Shown here piece by piece: positions 1 through 7,944 of a stretch of 20,430 nucleotides of DNA. The DNA lies in IMG/VR virus record IMGVR_UViG_2541047888_000001. One strand, written 5' to 3'. Position numbers and translations under genes: made by a program. This DNA is from a virus. Its lineage: Duplodnaviria > Heunggongvirae > Uroviricota > Caudoviricetes. The first letter of the stretch is position 1, and each line of letters opens with the position of its first letter. Under the pieces are notes generated by a model. That model ran no database searches. It saw only the letters and a program-made list of their open reading frames with translations, and was not told the origin of the DNA.

Positions 1-1254
1 ATGCTGGAACAAATGGGCATTGCCGCGAAGCAAGCCTCGTATAAATTAGCGCAACTCTCCAGCCGCGAAAAAAATCGTGTGCTGGAAAAAATCGCCGATG
101 AACTGGAAGCACAAAGCGAAAGTATCCTCAACGCTAACGCGCAGGATGTTGCAGACGCGCGTGCCAATGGCCTTAGCGAAGCGATGCTTGACCGTCTGGC
201 ACTGACGCCCGCACGGCTGAAAGGCATTGCCGACGATGTGCGCCAGGTGTGCAATCTCGCCGATCCGGTGGGGCAGGTAATCGATGGCGGCGTACTGGAC
301 AGCGGCCTGCGTCTGGAGCGCCGTCGCGTGCCGCTGGGGGTGATTGGCGTGATTTATGAAGCGCGCCCGAACGTGACGGTTGATGTTGCTTCCCTGTGCC
401 TGAAAACCGGTAACGCGGTGATCCTGCGCGGCGGCAAAGAAACCTGTCGCACTAACGCTGCAACGGTAGCGGTGATTCAGGACGCCCTGAAATCCTGCGG
501 CTTACCGGCGGGTGCCGTGCAGGCAATTGATAATCCTGACCGTGCGCTGGTCAGTGAAATGCTGCGTATGGATAAATACATCGACATGCTGATCCCGCGC
601 GGTGGGGCTGGTTTGCATAAACTGTGCCGCGAGCAGTCGACAATCCCGGTGATCACAGGCGGTATAGGCGTATGCCATATTTACGTTGATGAAAGCGCAG
701 AGATCGCTGAAGTATTAAAAGTGATCGTCAACGCGAAAACTCAGCGACCAAGCACATGTAATACGGTAGAAACCTTGCTGGTAAATAAAAACATCGCCGA
801 TAGCTTCCTGCCCGCATTAAGCAAGCAAATGGCGGAAAGCGGCGTGACGTTACACGCAGATGCTGCTGCGCTGGCGCAGTTGCAGACAGGCCCCGCGAAG
901 GTGGTGGCGGTTAAAGCCGAAGAGTATGACGATGAGTTTCTGTCATTAGATTTGAACGTCAAAATCGTTAGCGATCTTGACGATGCCATCGCCCATATTC
1001 GTGAACACGGCACGCAACACTCCGATGCGATCCTGACCCGCGATATGCGCAACGCCCAGCGTTTTGTTAACGAAGTGGATTCCTCCGCTGTTTACGTTAA
1101 CGCCTCTACGCGTTTTACCGACGGCGGCCAGTTTGGACTGGGGGCGGAAGTTGCGGTAAGCACACAAAAACTCCACGCGCGCGGCCCAATGGGGCTGGAA
1201 GCACTGACCACTTATAAGTGGATCGGCATTGGTGATTACACCATTCGTGCGTAA
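1..1254 (+). CDS. proA: gamma-glutamyl phosphate reductase (glutamate-5-semialdehyde dehydrogenase), complete 417 aa
   Basis: Uninterrupted 417 aa ORF starting with ATG at position 1; translation recognised as enterobacterial ProA (begins [16 protein letters not shown]); its position next to a tRNA-Thr matches the E. coli proA-thrW arrangement. Confidence 0.95.
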   Translation: MLEQMGIAAKQASYKLAQLSSREKNRVLEKIADELEAQSESILNANAQDVADARANGLSEAMLDRLALTPARLKGIADDVRQVCNLADPVGQVIDGGVLDSGLRLERRRVPLGVIGVIYEARPNVTVDVASLCLKTGNAVILRGGKETCRTNAATVAVIQDALKSCGLPAGAVQAIDNPDRALVSEMLRMDKYIDMLIPRGGAGLHKLCREQSTIPVITGGIGVCHIYVDESAEIAEVLKVIVNAKTQRPSTCNTVETLLVNKNIADSFLPALSKQMAESGVTLHADAAALAQLQTGPAKVVAVKAEEYDDEFLSLDLNVKIVSDLDDAIAHIREHGTQHSDAILTRDMRNAQRFVNEVDSSAVYVNASTRFTDGGQFGLGAEVAVSTQKLHARGPMGLEALTTYKWIGIGDYTIRA

Positions 1255-1368
1255 ATAAAACCGGGTGATGCAAAAGTAGCCATTTGATTCACAAGGCCAT
1301 TGACGCATCGCCCGGTTAGTTTTAACCTTGTCCACCGTGATTCACGTTCGTGAACATGTCCTTTCAGG

Positions 1369-1444
1369 GCCGATATAGCTCAGTTGGTAGAGCAGCGCAT
1401 TCGTAATGCGAAGGTCGTAGGTTCGACTCCTATTATCGGCACCA
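1369..1444 (+). tRNA. thrW: tRNA-Thr (anticodon CGT)
   Basis: 76 nt sequence GCCGATATAGCTCAGTTGGTAGAGCAGCGCATTCGTAATGCGAAGGTCGTAGGTTCGACTCCTATTATCGGCACCA with D-loop, anticodon loop TTCGTAA, T-arm GGTTCGACTCC and 3' CCA; lies downstream of proA as thrW does in E. coli. Confidence 0.9.
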
Positions 1445-1447
1445 TTC
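1428..1447. other. attL core (3' end of tRNA-Thr)
   Basis: 20 nt shared (one G indel) with 19921-19939; both copies are followed by homologous sequence CTCCCCAAGTCTAC. Confidence 0.6.
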
Positions 1448-1609
1448 AAACATCTCCCCAAGTCTACTAAAGTCTTTCAAAACCCCTTATAATCCACGTA
1501 TTAAAGCCCCGTTCGTCTTTTGACGTTTACTAAAGCCCCTCAAAATCTACGGTCAGATGGGGGTACTTATGGGGGTATTTGCTGTTCGGTTTAGTGGAGG
1601 TACCCCCAA

Positions 1610-2824
1610 GTGAAACTCAATGCCCGTCAAATAGACACAGCCAAGCCAAAAGAGAAGGCTTACAAGCTGGCCGATGGTGGCGGTTTGTATCTCTTGGTAA
1701 AACCTAATGGAGGTAAATACTGGCGACTTAAATATCGTGTAGCTGGTAAAGAGAAGCTATTGGCACTAGGTGTGTATCCTGAGGTTACTCTAGCCGATGC
1801 TCGGGCAAAACGTGAAGATGCGAAAAGAGGTATCGCTGGTGGTATCGATCCGATGGAAGCGAAACGAGAGGAAAAGATTGCCCGGGAAACGCAGTTAAAC
1901 AACACCTTCAAAGATATTGCCCTTGAGTGGCACAGCAGCAAATTAAAAAAATGGTCTGCTGGTTATGCTTCAGACATCCTCGAAGCCTTCAACAAAGATG
2001 TGTTCCCTTACATTGGCAAAAAACCAATCGCCGAAATCAAACCACTTGAACTTCTGAATGTGCTGCGGCGCATCGAGGGGCGCGGTGCGACAGAAAAAGC
2101 CAAAAAAGTGAGGCAGCGGTGCGGGGAAGTTTTCCGCTATGCAATAGTCACTGGTCGCGCAGAGTATAACCCTGCACCAGACCTTACTAGCGCGATGCAA
2201 GGCCATGAATCTAATCATTACCCTTTCCTTACGACCAAAGAATTACCTGATTTTTTCAAGGCATTATCCAGTTACTCAGGAAGCGCATTGGTTGTTATGG
2301 CGGCTCGTCTACTGATTATCACCGGCTTGCGAACTGGCGAACTACGTGGCGCATTATGGGATGAAATTGATTTCAACAAGGCTATATGGGAGATACCCGC
2401 TTCACGTATGAAAATGCGGCGGCCTCATATTGTGCCATTGTCTGAGCAGGCTCTTTCGCTTATTGGGAAGATTAGAGAAATAACAGGCAATTACCCTCTT
2501 ATGTTTCCCGGGCGCAATGATCCAAGGAAAACAATGAGTGAGGCCAGCATAAACCAAGTGTTTAAGCGCATTGGCTACGCTGGACGTGTAACTGGTCATG
2601 GGTTCCGACACACTATGAGCACGATTTTGCATGAGCAGGGCTATAACACCGCGTGGATAGAAACGCAGCTCGCTCACGTTGATAAGAACTCAATTCGTGG
2701 CACATACAACCATGCGCAATATCTGGATGGACGGCGGGAGATGCTTCAATGGTATGCCGACTATATGGATTCTCTCGAGCATGGCGGAAATGTGGTGCAT
2801 ATGGTGTTTGAAAAACACGCATGA
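1610..2824 (+). CDS. int: P4-type tyrosine integrase (site-specific recombinase), GTG start
   Basis: 404 aa ORF; GGAGG 9 nt upstream of GTG; N-terminal GGGLYLLVKPNGGKYWRLKYR arm-binding-type motif and C-terminal catalytic region (HGFRHT...HV...Y) typical of P4/IntA-family integrases; sits next to the tRNA. Confidence 0.9.
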   Translation: MKLNARQIDTAKPKEKAYKLADGGGLYLLVKPNGGKYWRLKYRVAGKEKLLALGVYPEVTLADARAKREDAKRGIAGGIDPMEAKREEKIARETQLNNTFKDIALEWHSSKLKKWSAGYASDILEAFNKDVFPYIGKKPIAEIKPLELLNVLRRIEGRGATEKAKKVRQRCGEVFRYAIVTGRAEYNPAPDLTSAMQGHESNHYPFLTTKELPDFFKALSSYSGSALVVMAARLLIITGLRTGELRGALWDEIDFNKAIWEIPASRMKMRRPHIVPLSEQALSLIGKIREITGNYPLMFPGRNDPRKTMSEASINQVFKRIGYAGRVTGHGFRHTMSTILHEQGYNTAWIETQLAHVDKNSIRGTYNHAQYLDGRREMLQWYADYMDSLEHGGNVVHMVFEKHA

Positions 2825-3130
2825 AACAACTGGACAAGTATACAGAGGTTTACTAAAGTATAGGGGAGTAGATTGATAAAAACTCACAGAGGATTGCTAT
2901 TTAACAGTTAGCCCTGGAGAAGGGCAATCGCTCTTTTATAAACGAAGGTGTATTGAGCCTTCTACGCTGCTGAAAAGCGGAATGTTCTTTAACAGGCTTT
3001 GGCGCTGACAAAGCGCAATTGTTCTTTAAAACTACTGGATGTCACGCCTAATAGCGTGATCCTGCCGAAATGCAGGGTAGCTCTACCCTTGTGGAGCAAA
3101 CAAACCAAAACAATCTGACTATCTTTTATA

Positions 3131-3165
3131 AAAGACCGCAATATGTTTTTCATATTGTGGTCTTT
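3131..3165. promoter_or_regulatory. Long inverted repeat (15 bp arms, 14/15 complementary, 5 nt T loop) between int and alpA
   Basis: AAAGACCGCAATATG-TTTTT-CATATTGTGGTCTTT read directly from the sequence; could be an int terminator or an operator. Confidence 0.4.
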
Positions 3166-3251
3166 GGCGTATTCGACATTTGACGCAAATAAAACTCTCG
3201 CCATTCGTTGCAGGAGGGGGTTATTGCGTCATTAGTACAGGATATTAATAA

Positions 3252-3455
3252 ATGGCTAATTACAATTCATTAATTCGTCTCTCTGAAGTTCAAAGGCGAA
3301 CTGGTTATAGCAAAGCATGGATTTATCGTCTTATTAGTCAGGGGAGGTTCCCTAAACAGGTAAAAATTGGAAGTCGGGCAATTGCTTTTGTTGAGTCTGA
3401 AATAGATGAATGGATTGAGAAGTGTATATTAGAATCTAGAGACGAGGTGGCCTGA
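3252..3455 (+). CDS. alpA: AlpA-family (prophage CP4-57-type) DNA-binding transcriptional regulator
   Basis: 67 aa; SEVQRRTGYSKAWIYRLISQGRFPKQVKIGSRAIAFVESEIDEWI matches the AlpA/MerR-like HTH pattern; stop overlaps the next start (TGATGG). Confidence 0.75.
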   Translation: MANYNSLIRLSEVQRRTGYSKAWIYRLISQGRFPKQVKIGSRAIAFVESEIDEWIEKCILESRDEVA

Positions 3456-3886
3456 TGGAAAAGAAAAACCGCCCATTACAGGCGGCTAATTCAGATATTC
3501 GCGTATCTGATGTTACGCCCCTGACAAAATCCCTTCAAGCACCAAAGCGCACGCCGAAAAAGCATCGTGCCCGAGTCTATATGCTGCGTACTGGTATAGA
3601 GGGATGGACAGAAAATGACATTCTTCGCTACTGCCGTCTGTCTTCTGGTCGTAACTATGCAACAGAGTTAGAACGCCAGCTCGGAATCACTCTGGAGCGT
3701 ATCGACGAAAAGAATCCTGATGGTATCGGAACACACCTTCGCTACCGTTTCTCCTGCCGTGGTGATGTTCTGAAAGTGATCACTCATATTAACCATCTTG
3801 CGAACATAAATGATCACAACGGACTTTCTCAGCAGGAAATTGCCGACATTCTGAAACTCTACCCGGACGCGTTTAACGCCGCCTAA
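3455..3886 (+). CDS. hypothetical protein (143 aa)
   Basis: ORF translationally coupled to alpA; GAGGTGG RBS; no family recognised by eye. Confidence 0.6.
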   Translation: MEKKNRPLQAANSDIRVSDVTPLTKSLQAPKRTPKKHRARVYMLRTGIEGWTENDILRYCRLSSGRNYATELERQLGITLERIDEKNPDGIGTHLRYRFSCRGDVLKVITHINHLANINDHNGLSQQEIADILKLYPDAFNAA

Positions 3887-3898
3887 CGGAGACTGAAA

Positions 3899-4732
3899 AT
3901 GAACATCGAAAAAAGCAGATTAATTTCTGAGGCTGCCCCTCATCTGAACGCCTCTCTGGGCACAATTAACGGTAATGAATTTGCCGCAATTGTCCCGGTT
4001 ATTCCTGGTCATATCGGTGGGCGTGAAACCAATATTGTTAGCGCAAAAGCGTTACACAAAGCGTTGGGCGTGGGAAAAGACTTCTCTACATGGATCACTG
4101 ATCGCATCTCTGAATATGACTTCACCATTGGGCACGATTACTCAGTCCATAAAACTATTTCCCCAAATTTGGGGAAAATCCCGAATGGCGCGGCTTACAG
4201 CAAGATTAAGCAGTCTGGAAGACCCGGCAAAGACTATCTGTTAAGTGTCGGAATGGCGAAAGAACTGGCAATGATCGAACGCAATGATCAGGGGCGCGCT
4301 ATCCGCCGTTATTTCATCCAGTGCGAGGAAGAATTACAGCGTAGCGTGCCTGAAATCGCCGCCCGCTATCGTCGCCAGCTAAAAGCCCGTATCAGTGCCG
4401 CAAACAACTTTAAGCCAATGTGCGATGCGCTGAATATGGCCCGTGCCGAGATGGGGAAAACGACGCAGCAACACCACTACACAAACGAGAGCAATATGAT
4501 TTCTCGTATCGTTCTTGGTGGGCTAACTGCTAAGCAGTGGGCGCGGATAAATGGCTATTCTGGCGAACCTCGCGACCATATGAACGCAGAACAGCTTGAG
4601 CACCTCTCATATCTCGAAAGCACCAATATCACGTTAATTGATATGGGCATGGAATATGAGCAGCGCAAAGGAGAACTCACCCGCCTGTCGCAACGCTGGC
4701 TCGCTAAGCGTCTGGAGGCGGTCCATGTTTAA
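3899..4732 (+). CDS. phage antirepressor-like DNA-binding protein (AntA/KilA-type)
   Basis: 277 aa; GGAGA RBS; central region (SAKALHKALGVGKDFSTWITDRI ... KDYLLSVGMAKELAMIERNDQGRAIRRYFIQCEEEL) resembles phage antirepressor/KilAC-type proteins; assignment from memory of the family pattern. Confidence 0.55.
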   Translation: MNIEKSRLISEAAPHLNASLGTINGNEFAAIVPVIPGHIGGRETNIVSAKALHKALGVGKDFSTWITDRISEYDFTIGHDYSVHKTISPNLGKIPNGAAYSKIKQSGRPGKDYLLSVGMAKELAMIERNDQGRAIRRYFIQCEEELQRSVPEIAARYRRQLKARISAANNFKPMCDALNMARAEMGKTTQQHHYTNESNMISRIVLGGLTAKQWARINGYSGEPRDHMNAEQLEHLSYLESTNITLIDMGMEYEQRKGELTRLSQRWLAKRLEAVHV

Positions 4733-4907
4733 GCCGACAGGAACACCACAACCTCAAAAACGCTACAAAGATGCCCACGGAGCACTCGTTACTGTCGAAA
4801 GCGTGTCTCACAACCGAGTGACGTTTTATCGCGACGGGTATCAATCGCCATGCGTACAACCGCTGGCACGTTTCATGAAGGAGTTCGCGGAGGTTAACAA
4901 ATGCTAA
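4725..4907 (+). CDS. small hypothetical protein (60 aa)
   Basis: ATG preceded by GGAGG; start overlaps the stop of the upstream gene and its stop overlaps the next start (ATGCTAA). Confidence 0.5.
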   Translation: MFKPTGTPQPQKRYKDAHGALVTVESVSHNRVTFYRDGYQSPCVQPLARFMKEFAEVNKC

Positions 4908-5968
4908 CCGCCCAGAAGAAGACATTTTCACTGGCTGGTATGTCGCCAAAATCCAGCAATATGACAGCAAAGTCAGGCATTAATACAGCAGATACAAGCA
5001 AAGTTTATCATTTGCTGGTGGTAGGAGCGGATGCCTTAACTATGTCAGAAATTACGGTCGATGGTGTTAGCGTTGAGAAGGTCAGCGGCTGCGCCAGAGA
5101 ATTTCTGGTCGTAGATGGCTTTCTCTGCTCGCGTAGTGACTCCACAAAAACCTTCGTCCACGCGCGTGACGTTAACGAAATGAGCGCGATGTACTGTGCT
5201 TCTGGTTCTTCCAATAGTGAGTTTTCGGAGTCCATAAAAAAGAGCTTGCCGTTATGCGGCAACACGGTTTATGGTTATAAGGCACCTCATAAAACGGGTG
5301 CCGGGATTGGCGTCCTGGTAAATCGAATGGCGACATATGACGCGCCGAGCGTCTTTTTTTATGTCGTAGGTCTGACTCACCCATTTTTTGGGCGTTGGTG
5401 TATAATCCAGCGCCTTTGTCAATCAATGGTGGCTCAGGCAGGGGCTTCTTCGGAAGCGCCGGTATCCATTCGAGCCGGTTACGCCAACCCTGTCTGGGCT
5501 ACCACCAGCGAAATTGGCGTTTCCGGTGGTAGCGTTACATGCTATCGAATGGAGGCTGCCACATGCTGGCTACTACCCCTACCCAAAAACCGCAATTTAT
5601 CTGGATTATCGCCGCAGTTCGCCGCGATTGCCCGACAATTACCGCCAAAATTCATCATATTGCTGCCGAGTCTGAACGCGATGCTCGCCGTTCTCTGGTG
5701 CGCGATCACGTCTGCTTTTTTGCTGGTCGTATCCGCATGGAGGTGGCACATGATTAAAACCTACGATGTGCATATGGATCCCCTCGAACGCACAAGCCAG
5801 ATCATCACACTGACAGAAGTGATTAACGACATTCTGGTGAGCAACTCTCCCTCACGAGACGAAAGACTGAAGGCGTTACTCGCGATATTGGATCTCGCCG
5901 TTCGTGACGTTCATTTCCTGCTGGAAGGTGGCGAAATGCCAGTAAAAACGGGGGAAACCAATGAATAA
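4901..5968 (+). CDS. long ORF of uncertain validity (355 aa frame); N-terminal ~220 codons possibly real, remainder overprinted by the icd-like gene and containing an internal start at 5750
   Basis: GGAGG RBS 8 nt before ATG 4901 and coupling to the upstream gene argue for a real start; the segment overlapping 5563-5757 translates to an implausible peptide in this frame; no in-frame stop until 5968. Confidence 0.3.
   Translation: MLTAQKKTFSLAGMSPKSSNMTAKSGINTADTSKVYHLLVVGADALTMSEITVDGVSVEKVSGCAREFLVVDGFLCSRSDSTKTFVHARDVNEMSAMYCASGSSNSEFSESIKKSLPLCGNTVYGYKAPHKTGAGIGVLVNRMATYDAPSVFFYVVGLTHPFFGRWCIIQRLCQSMVAQAGASSEAPVSIRAGYANPVWATTSEIGVSGGSVTCYRMEAATCWLLPLPKNRNLSGLSPQFAAIARQLPPKFIILLPSLNAMLAVLWCAITSAFLLVVSAWRWHMIKTYDVHMDPLERTSQIITLTEVINDILVSNSPSRDERLKALLAILDLAVRDVHFLLEGGEMPVKTGETNE
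5563..5757 (+). CDS. Icd-like (host cell division inhibitor-like) small protein
   Basis: 64 aa from ATG 5563 with GGAGG 7 nt upstream; [24 protein letters not shown]...[22 protein letters not shown] resembles Icd-like proteins of P4-type elements; stop overlaps the next start (ATGA). Confidence 0.6.
   Translation: MLATTPTQKPQFIWIIAAVRRDCPTITAKIHHIAAESERDARRSLVRDHVCFFAGRIRMEVAHD
5750..5968 (+). CDS. small hypothetical protein (72 aa)
   Basis: ATG 5750 preceded by GGAGGTGGCAC, nearly the same RBS context as the icd-like gene; coupled to the next ORF. Confidence 0.45.
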   Translation: MIKTYDVHMDPLERTSQIITLTEVINDILVSNSPSRDERLKALLAILDLAVRDVHFLLEGGEMPVKTGETNE

Positions 5969-6155
5969 CTCAATTAATACCCCTCGCCTTACGTCCGCAC
6001 TTCAATTAATCGAGCAAGCAGCGGCTGTCCTGGTTGCTGTCAGTCTTTCGGCTGAAGAAATGGACGCTACTGATGTCGTGGATGCGATTAAAGCGTGCTC
6101 ATCTTTGGTTAACGATGCCCGTGCAGAGCTGGTAATTCTTGGGGGTGAAAAATGA
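5961..6155 (+). CDS. small hypothetical protein (64 aa)
   Basis: Overlapping start/stop with neighbours; GGGGGAA RBS. Confidence 0.5.
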   Translation: MNNSINTPRLTSALQLIEQAAAVLVAVSLSAEEMDATDVVDAIKACSSLVNDARAELVILGGEK

Positions 6156-6415
6156 ATATCAACTTAATTTATCGTCATCCGTGTGAGCTGGAAATTGAAT
6201 CATTGCTGAGCCGTGAAGAGCCATATCCAGACACATTCACTCTTGCAGATCGCACGACTGAACGGCTTACCAGAGCGCGCACAGGTCTGGTTCATGTGAT
6301 GAATGAGATTCTTCCATCGGTGGGAGGGGAACAGGCGACAGTAATCACTAGCTGGCTACAAAAAGTTACCTCTCTGATAGATATCAGTTTAATCGATGCG
6401 GAGAGTGCGAAATGA
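6152..6415 (+). CDS. small hypothetical protein (87 aa)
   Basis: ATGA overlap with the previous stop; GGGGGTG RBS. Confidence 0.5.
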   Translation: MNINLIYRHPCELEIESLLSREEPYPDTFTLADRTTERLTRARTGLVHVMNEILPSVGGEQATVITSWLQKVTSLIDISLIDAESAK

Positions 6416-6633
6416 CCAACATCCAGCTCATTGAAGCGCAATGTCGCATCGAACAGGTTCAGACTGTTTTAGGGTTCTGGCTTGAAGGGGCCAGCCCCAG
6501 CAACAGAGACAAGTTAATGATTGGCGCGGTTATGTCACTGCTCAATGGCGTACCAGAAGCTATTCAGGAAGCAGACGAATTGTTGGGCAAATATGAGTTA
6601 CAGAATCATTCAGGCGAGGCGAAACATGAATAA
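6412..6633 (+). CDS. small hypothetical protein (73 aa)
   Basis: ATGA overlap with the previous ORF; same-strand operon. Confidence 0.5.
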   Translation: MTNIQLIEAQCRIEQVQTVLGFWLEGASPSNRDKLMIGAVMSLLNGVPEAIQEADELLGKYELQNHSGEAKHE

Positions 6634-7228
6634 TTTCTTAACTTTCCATGCAGAAGCAACGCCTGACGGCGTAAACATCATGCACCGCAGCAACGATGGC
6701 ATGACAGAACGCGTTGAGACCGTCTCATATATTGATGCCGTAAATCGTCTGGATGCCGGGGATTATGACGATAAACCAGATGAAGGCATGTCAATACATC
6801 TCGCTATAGCCGATGGCGGCAACCAGGGATATTTCGATTACACATCACAGCATAACGTCATTATGTGGAGATGGCTGATCGCAACAGTATTCATGCTGGA
6901 AATGAGAGAGGAAAACGGCACTGTCAGCATCATTGATGATACTGGCAATCCTTCCGAAGTGGCTGTTTATTCCAACGGCATCGTCGCCATGCCGCTGTAT
7001 CCAGTAGCAGAGCGCCTCGCTATGGCAAACAACATTGAGGGCGCGATGATAGAACGTTTTGGCATCGAGTCTGGCACAGAACGCGCCATCATTTTCTACA
7101 GAGCCATGATGGATGTGGAACAAGGAGCACTGACTCCATTTGGTCGTGAAACGCTTGCTGAACTTCACAACAGCTTTATAGCTGAACTGAATGAAAACGG
7201 CATGCCAGCGGAACCAGTGACGCACTGA
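6626..7228 (+). CDS. hypothetical protein (~200 aa from ATG 6626; the ORF track extends to 6521)
   Basis: ATG 6626 overlaps the upstream stop and has GAGG upstream; the N-terminal extension from 6521 looks non-protein-like. Confidence 0.55.
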   Translation: MNNFLTFHAEATPDGVNIMHRSNDGMTERVETVSYIDAVNRLDAGDYDDKPDEGMSIHLAIADGGNQGYFDYTSQHNVIMWRWLIATVFMLEMREENGTVSIIDDTGNPSEVAVYSNGIVAMPLYPVAERLAMANNIEGAMIERFGIESGTERAIIFYRAMMDVEQGALTPFGRETLAELHNSFIAELNENGMPAEPVTH

Positions 7229-7238
7229 GGATGGAGCC

Positions 7239-7580
7239 ATGATTACTAAAAATTTCCGACTGAATGCGCTGGCAAATAAGTATGCGTCGGCACTGTATAA
7301 CCACATTACCTCCACCAGCGGCGGGGACTATTTCATGGTTGATGCGGACGGCGAGGCCGTACGTGTGGAAATCGTCAATGGAGTAAAAGGCGTTCGCAGC
7401 CTGATCGATAGCTACACACTGGCAGCCATGAAAGTGTTCTACCCGCAGTGGGAAACCGTGGGGATCGAGCTTCTTGAGCGTTGCGTCACTAAGGACGGAT
7501 TGACTGACGTCGGGCGTGAGATATGGCAAAGCATGGTTAATGACATGGGCGCAACTGTAGCGGGAGGTTCTCATGCGTGA
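7239..7580 (+). CDS. hypothetical protein (113 aa)
   Basis: GAGGATGGAG RBS; coupled to the next gene. Confidence 0.55.
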   Translation: MITKNFRLNALANKYASALYNHITSTSGGDYFMVDADGEAVRVEIVNGVKGVRSLIDSYTLAAMKVFYPQWETVGIELLERCVTKDGLTDVGREIWQSMVNDMGATVAGGSHA

Positions 7581-7944
7581 AAATGCAGAAATGGCGCTTA
7601 GCTCCGCAATCGGAGAGCAGGTGGCAAAGATTGCTGGTGCTGTGTGGATTCATAACCTTCATTCTACTGGTGAAGAGAAAATGGCAATTCAGACGCCAGA
7701 GGGACGCACCATTACTACATCTCTGAAGCCGTCAGATGTTTGTGATCTGATTTGCGCATTCATGTACCCAGCAATGAGGACTGTCCACGGCGATAAGTGG
7801 AAACTTGCGACAACCGCTGAATTTGATATGTGGCTAAACAATGATGGCATGCTGACTGATTACGGAATAACCAAGTGGCAGATGCTGGTTAGCCATATCG
7901 CAAACGCTATAGACCACGTGGGGTACGGTGATGCGAAACATTGA
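7573..7944 (+). CDS. hypothetical protein (123 aa)
   Basis: GGGAGG RBS; stop overlaps the primase start. Confidence 0.55.
   Translation: MRENAEMALSSAIGEQVAKIAGAVWIHNLHSTGEEKMAIQTPEGRTITTSLKPSDVCDLICAFMYPAMRTVHGDKWKLATTAEFDMWLNNDGMLTDYGITKWQMLVSHIANAIDHVGYGDAKH

Noticed and set aside
741-1335. Antisense ORFs within proA (741-1052 and 946-1335, minus strand)
   Set aside because: Entirely embedded opposite a well-recognised conserved gene; typical spurious antisense ORFs.
1660-2887. Antisense or embedded ORFs within the integrase gene (e.g. 1660-1941, 1970-2218, 2402-2677, 2613-2837)
   Set aside because: Overlap the integrase coding frame, lack RBS, and have low-complexity translations.
3975-4244. 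ORF 3975-4244 (+) inside the antirepressor-like gene
   Set aside because: Alternative frame fully inside a longer, better-supported ORF.
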